A stretch of 60,149 nucleotides of DNA, counting the filler, from Sphacelaria rigidula (Eukaryota), in NCBI GenBank assembly GCA_964200075.2. It is 4 parts of 4 records of this genome, joined end to end, with 100 filler letters (N's around TTAATTAATTAA, not from the genome) between each part and the next. Parts side by side here need not be neighbours in the genome. Positions count along the whole stretch, not along the records: positions 45,188 to 60,149 come from CAXNAA020001975.1; 3 more parts are not named here. One strand, given 5' to 3'. The notes beneath the pieces were generated by a model. It saw only the letters and a list, made by a program, of their open reading frames with translations, made no database searches and was not told the DNA's origin. Below, in pieces: positions 54,101 through 60,149 of this stretch (the first letter of the stretch is position 1; each line of letters opens with the position of its first letter). A program made the position numbers and the translations under genes.

Positions 54101-57100
54101 GCCGCTGCCAGCCACCATCGTCAAGTCTCCGCCCGTGACCGCCGAGCTCACACCGGCCGATACGCTCACGTCGCCTCCCTCGTCCGCCACGCCGGCCCCG
54201 GCCGCTATGCTCACGGCCCCACCCACCGTCGCTCCCAGTCCCGCCGTCACCGTCACCGACCCCCCAGAAGCCGTCGTGCCCTCGCCCGCCACCACGTCCA
54301 ACGCACCGCCTGTCGATCCCACGCCCGCAGCCATCGCCACCTCGCCGCCGGTGCCCGTGCTTCCCGTCCCGGCCGCCAGCGACACGCCCCCGCCCGTCAT
54401 GCCGGTGCCGCCCGTCAACGTCAACGCGCCGCCCGTCGCCAGGTCGCCCGTGCCCACCGTCACGCTCACGTCGCCGCCCGATCCGGACGTGGCTGCTCCG
54501 CTGCCGATCTGGACCATGCCAGTGTTGCCGGAGCTGCTGGTGCCCGAGCTGAACACCAGCACGCCGCTCACGCCGTCGGTGCCGGCGTTCGGCGAGCGTA
54601 TCGTCACGGACCCGCTGGTGGTCTCTGTTCCCTCGCCGCTGAGGATCGTCACCGACCCGCCCGTGCCGGCCGTGGCCGCGGAGGACGCTCCGGCCGTCAG
54701 CTGGACAAGCCCACCCTGACCCATGTCGCCGGTGCCGACTGTCAAGCTCAGCAGCCCACCCGAGCCACCAAGGGCAGCCCCGCTTCCGATCATGATGTCT
54801 CCGCTGTCTCCTATAGTGGTTGATCCGGAGCTGAAGGTCATGGTTCCGCTGTTCCCCGTGGTACCGGCTGGAGACGAGACGATGGTGACGATCCCGCTAT
54901 TTCCGCTCAAAACAGCTCCGCTTGTCAAGGCAATGCTGCCGCCGTCGGTGCCTCCATATCCAGCACTTATCGATACATCCCCGCCGAAGGAAGAACCCTC
55001 ACCAGCTGTAAAAGTCACCGACCCACCAGAAGCCGTCGTGCCCTCGCCCGCCACCACGTCCAACGCACCGCCTACCGACCCCACGCCCGCCGCCATCGTC
55101 ACCTCGCCGCCGGTGCCCGTGCTTCCCGTCCCGGCCGCCAGCGACACGACGCCTCCCGTCACGCCCGTACCGCCCGTCAACGTCAACGCACCGCCCGTCG
55201 CCAGGTCGCCTGTGCCCACCGTCAAGCTCACGTCGCCGCCCGACCCGGACGTGGCCCCTCCACTGCCGATCTGGACCATGCCAGTGTCGCCGGAGCTGCT
55301 GGTGCCCGAGCTGAACACCAGCACGCCGCTCACGCCGTCCGTGCCGGCGTTCGGCGAGCGGATCGTCACGGACCCGCTGGTGGTCTCTGTGCCCTCGCCG
55401 CTGAGGATCGTCACCGACCCGCCCGTGCCGGCCGTGGCCGCGGTGGACCCTCCGGCTGTGATTCGGACGAGACCTCCCTGGCTCGTGTCGCCGGTGCCGA
55501 CCGTCAGGCTCAGCAGTCCGCCCGAGCCGCCGATGGCGGCCCCGCTTCCGATCATGATGTCTCCGCTGTCTCCTACAGTGGTGGATCCGGAGCTGAAGGT
55601 CATGGCGCCGCTGTTCCCGGTGGTACCAGCTTGTGGCGAGGTGATGGTGACGGTTCCGCTGTTTCCGCTCATCACAGCACCACTGGTCAATGACATTTCA
55701 CCACCACCCGTGTCACCATACCCAGCAGCAAGCAAAAGCTTGCCACCTACACTAGCGCCCTCTCCGGCCGTCACCGTCACCGACCCACCAGACGCCGTCG
55801 TGCCCTCGCCGGCAACGACGTCAAACGCACCACCTGTCGACCCCACGCCCGCCGCCATCGCCACCTCGCCGCCGGTGCCCGTGCTTCCCGTCCCGGCCGC
55901 CAGCGACACGACGCCTCCCGTCACGCCCGTCCCGCCTGTCAACGTCAACGCGCCGCCCGTCGCCAGGTCGCCCGTGCCCACCGTCACGCTCACGTCGCCG
56001 CCCGACCCGGACGTGGCTGCTCCGCTGCCGATCTGGACCATGCCGGTGTTGCCGGAGCTGCTGGTGCCCGAGCTAAACACCAGCACGCCGCTCACGCCGT
56101 CGGTGCCGGCGTTCGGCGAGCGTATCGTCACGGACCCGCTGGTGGTCTCTGTTCCCTCGCCGCTGAGGATCGTCACCGACCCGCCCGTGCCGGCCGTGGC
56201 TGCGGTGGATGCACCAGCCGTCAGCTGGACAAGCCCACCCTGACCCGTGTTGCCGGTGCCGACGGTCAAGCTCATCAGACCGCCCGAGCCACCAAGGGCA
56301 GCTCCACTTCCGATCATGATGTCTCCGCTGTCTCCTATGGTGGTAGATCCAGAGCTCAATGTCATGATGCCGCTGTTTCCAGTAGATCCGGCTGGAGGAG
56401 AAGTGATAGTCACCGTACCGCTGTTGCCGCTAGTCACGGCCCCGCTCGTCACTGCTACGACCCCACCCCCTGAGCTGCCGCTGCCGGCCACCATCGTCAA
56501 GTCGCCGCCAGTGACCGCCGAGCTCACACCCGCCGACACGCTCACGTCGCCTCCCTCATCCGCCACGCCGTCACCCGCCGCTATGCTCACGGCCCCACCC
56601 ACCGTCGCTCCCAGTCCCGCGATCACCGTCACCGACCCCCCAGAAGCCGTCGTGCCTTCACCCGCCACCACGTCGAACGATCCGCCCGTAGACCCCACGC
56701 CCGCCGCCATCGCCACCTCGCCGCCGGTGCCCGTGCTTCCCGTCCCGGCCGCCAGCGACACGGCGCCCCCCGTCACCCCCGTGCCGCCCGTCAACGTCAA
56801 CGCGCCGCCCGTCGCCAGGTCGCCCGTGCCCACCGTCACGCTCACGTCGCCGCCCGATCCGGACGTGGCCGCGCCGCTGCCGATCTGGACCATGCCAGTG
56901 TTGCCGGAGCTGCTGGTGCCCGAGCTGAACACCAACACGCCGCTCACGCCGTCGGTGCCGGCGTTCGGCGAGCGTATCGTCACGGACCCGCTGGTGGTCT
57001 CGGTGCCCTCGCCGCTCAGGATCGTCATCGACCCGCCAGTGCCGGCCGTAGCCGCGGTGGACCCTCCGGCCGCTACTTGCACCAGACCGCCCTGGCCCGT

Positions 57101-60100
57101 GTCGCCTGCGCCGACCGTCATGCTCAGCACGCCTCCAGAGCCCCCTAGAGCAGTCCCGCTTCCGATCATGATGTCTCCGCTGTCTCCTATAGTTGTAGAC
57201 CCAGAGCTGAAGGTCATGATTCCGCTGTTCCCTGTCGTACCCGCCGCGGGGGAAGTGATCGTGACCGTACCGCTGTTGCCACTTGTCACGGCTCCGCTTG
57301 TCAGCACCACCGCGCCACCGCCCCCACTGCCGCTGCCCGCCACCATCGTCAAGTCTCCGCCCGTGACCGCCGAGCTCACCCCGGCCGATATACTCACGTC
57401 GCCTCCCTCATCCAACACACCGACCCCGGCCGCTAAACTCATGGCCCCACCCACCGTCGCTCCCAGTCCCGCCATCACCATCACCGACCCGCCGGACGCC
57501 GATGTGCCCTCGCCCGCCACCACGTCCAACGCCCCGCCTGTCGACCCCACGCCCGCCGCCATCGCCACCTCGCCGCCTGTGCCCGTGCTTCCCGTCCCGG
57601 CCGCCAGCGACACGCCCCCGCCCGTCACGCCGGTACCGCCCGTCAACGTCAACGCGCCGCCCGTCGCCAGGTCACCTGTGCCCACCGTCAAGCTCACGTC
57701 GCCGCCCGACCCGGACGTGGCCGCTCCGCTGCCGATCTGGACCATGCCAGTGTTGCCGGAGCTGCTGGTGCCCGAGCTGAACACCAACACGCCGCTCACG
57801 CCGTCGGTGCCGGCGTTCGGCGAGCGTATCGTCACGGACCCGCTGGTGGTCTCGGTGCCCTGGCCGCTCAGGATCGTCACCGACCCGCCCGTGCCGGCCG
57901 TGACCGCAGTGGACGCTCCGGCCGTCACCTGCACCAGACCGCCCTGGCCCGTGTCGCCGGTGCCGACGGTCAAGCTCAGCACGCCTCCCGAGCCACCAAG
58001 GGCGGCCCCGCTTCCGATCATGATGTCTCCGCTGTCCCCGACGGTAGTTGAGCCGGAGCTGAAGGTCATGGTTCCGCTGTTTCCGGACGTACCGGCGGCC
58101 GGGGACGTGATGGTAACAGTCCCGCTGTTGCCGCTGGTGACGGCTCCACTAGACAAGACCATGTGACCCCCTCCCGTTCCACCGCTTCCTGCGACAGCCG
58201 ATAAATCGCCCCCAGCCGTGACACCTTTTCCCCCCGACAAGATGACTGACCCACCAGAAGCCGTCGTGCCCTCGCCCGCCACCACGTCGAACGACCCGCC
58301 TGTCGACCCCACACCCGCCGCCATCGCCACCTCGCCGCCGGTGCCCGTGCTTCCCACCCCGGCCGCCAGCGACACGTCGCCCCCCGTCACGCCCGTCCCG
58401 CCCGTCAACGTTAACGCGCCGCCCGTTGCCAGGTCGCCCGTGCCCACCGTCAAGCTCACGTCGCCGCCCGATCCGGACGTGGCCGCTCCGCTGCCGATCT
58501 GGACCATGCCGGTGTTGCCGGAACTACTGGTGCCCGAGCTGAACATCAATACGCCGCTGACACCGTCAGTACCGGCGTTCGGTGACCGGATCGTCACGGG
58601 TCCGCTGGTGGTCTCTGTTCCCTCGCCGCTGAGAATCGTCACCGACCCGCCCGTGCCGGCCGTGGCCGCGGTGGACGCTCCGGCCGTCAACTGGACAAGA
58701 CCACCTTGGCCCGTGTCGCCTGAGCCGACCGTCAAGCCAAGAAAGCCGCCCGAGCCACCATGGGCGGCCCCGCTGCCGATCATGATGTCCCCGCTGTCTC
58801 CTATGGTAGTCGATCCGGAGCTGAAGGTCATGGTTCCGCTGTTCCCGGCGGTACCCGCGGCGGGGGACGTGATCGTGACCGTACCGCTGTTGCCGCTCGT
58901 TACCGCTCCGCCAGCGATTGATACGGCGCCACCGCCCGCGCTGCCGCTGCCCGCCACCATCGTCAAGTCTCCGCCCGTGACCGCCGAGCTCACACCGGCC
59001 GATATACTCACGTCGCCTCCCTCATCCAACACACCATCACCCGCCGCTATGCTCACGGCCCCACCCACCGTCGCTCCAAGTCCCGCCGTCACCGTCACCG
59101 ACCCCCCAGAAGCCGTCGTGCCCTCGCCCGCCACCACGTCCAACGCACCGCCCGTCGACCCCACGCCCGCCGCCATCGCCACCTCGCCGCCTGTGCCCGT
59201 GCTTCCCGTCCCGGCCGCCAGCGACACGCCCCCGCCCGTCACGCCCGTGCCGCCCGTCAACGTCAACGCGCCGCCCGTCGCCAGGTCGCCCGTGCCCACC
59301 GTCACGCTCACGTCGCCGCCCGATCCGGACGTGGCCGCGCCGCTGCCGATCTGGATCATGCCGGTGTTGCCGGAGCTGCTGGTGCCCGAGCTGAACACCA
59401 GCACGCCGCTCACGCCGTCCGTCCCGGCGTTCGGCGAGCGGATCGCTACGGACCCGCTGGTGGTCTCTGTGCCCTCGCCGCTCAAGATCGTCACCGACCC
59501 GCCCGTGCCGGCCGTGGCCGCGGTGGACGCTCCGGCCGTCACCTGCACCAGACCGCCCTGACCCGTGTCGCCGGTGCCGACGGTCAAGCTCAGCAGTCCT
59601 CCTGAGCCACCAAGGGCAGTCCCGCTTCCGATCATGATGTCTCCGCTGTCTCCCACCGTCGTAGACCCAGAGCTGAAGGTCATGGTTCCACTGTTCCCAG
59701 CTGTGCCGGCGGCGGGGGACGTGATGGTGACCGTGCCGCTGTTGCCGCTAGTCACGGCGCCGCTCGTCACCCAGACGGCGCCACCACCCCCGCTGCCGCT
59801 GCCGGCCACCATCATCAAGTCGCCGCCAGTGACCGCCGAGCTCACACCGGCCGATACACTCACGTCGCCTCCCTCATCCGCAACGCCGTCACCCGCCGCT
59901 ATGCTCACGGCCCCACCAACCGTCGCTCCCAGTCCCGCCGTCACCGTCACCGACCCCCCAGAAGCCGTCGTGCCCTCGCCCGCCACCACGTCGAACGATC
60001 CGCCCGTCGACCCCACGCCCGCCGCCATTGCCACCTCGCCGCCGGTACCAGTGCTTCCCGTCCCGGCCGCCAGCGACACGCCCCCGCCCGTCACGCCCGT

Positions 60101-60148
60101 GCCACCCGTCAACGTCAACGCGCCGCCCGTCGCCAGGTCGCCGGTGCC
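45188..60148 (-). CDS. Giant Gly/Ser/Thr/Ala/Val-rich repeat protein (predicted beta-solenoid/fibre), internal fragment of at least 4,987 aa
   Basis: Stop-free frame across the whole piece. The frame continues upstream of the track's TTG 'start' (GTGDLATGGAL...) and runs into the linker downstream. Differences between repeat copies are frame-preserving and largely at third codon positions or conservative, which indicates purifying selection. Confidence 0.93.
45228..59349. repeat. Coding tandem array of 852/762/939-bp super-repeats
   Basis: The marker ATCTGGA(C/T)CATGCC occurs at 45228, 46080, 46842, 47694, 48546, 49485, 50337, 51189, 51951, 52803, 53655, 54507, 55269, 56031, 56883, 57735, 58497, 59349: eleven 852-bp, five 762-bp and one 939-bp intervals. 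Confidence 0.95.
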
Positions 60149-60149
60149 C

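Noticed and set aside
45210-59561. Long Pro/Val/Thr-rich plus-strand ORFs (up to 820 aa)
   Set aside because: Antisense shadows of the GC-rich Gly-repeat gene. They are broken by stops at recurring repeat positions, while the minus frame is never interrupted.

Overview
Eukaryotic genomic DNA, intron-rich and repeat-rich. The gene structure and repeat style suggest a stramenopile, most likely a brown alga; this is an inference. The window is not one contiguous locus. It is four equal pieces (1-14963, 15064-30025, 30126-45087, 45188-60149) joined by identical 100-nt linkers (N44-TTAATTAATTAA-N44), so adjacency across linkers means nothing. Piece 1 holds a MITE-like element with a 41-bp tandem array, a large exon encoding a SAM-like domain, and the 3' part of a TEY-type MAP kinase gene (7 phase-consistent exons, DLG instead of DFG, long Ser-rich tail). 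Piece 2 holds a head-to-head gene pair (an MGN-start protein with a VPPGVRPG module, and a FAM136A/DUF842-like gene) with a repeat-filled 6.5-kb intron. Piece 3 holds the decayed 3' half of a Ty3/Gypsy element with a probable LTR, a pogo-type transposase relic, a decayed gag-like ORF with a CCHC knuckle, and a 90-bp palindrome built from a tRNA-like Pol III promoter. Piece 4 is one uninterrupted ORF of at least 4,987 codons, open at both ends. It encodes a Gly/Ser/Thr/Ala/Val protein made of ~15-aa beta-strand-like repeats nested in 254/284/313-aa super-repeats, and is the most striking feature.
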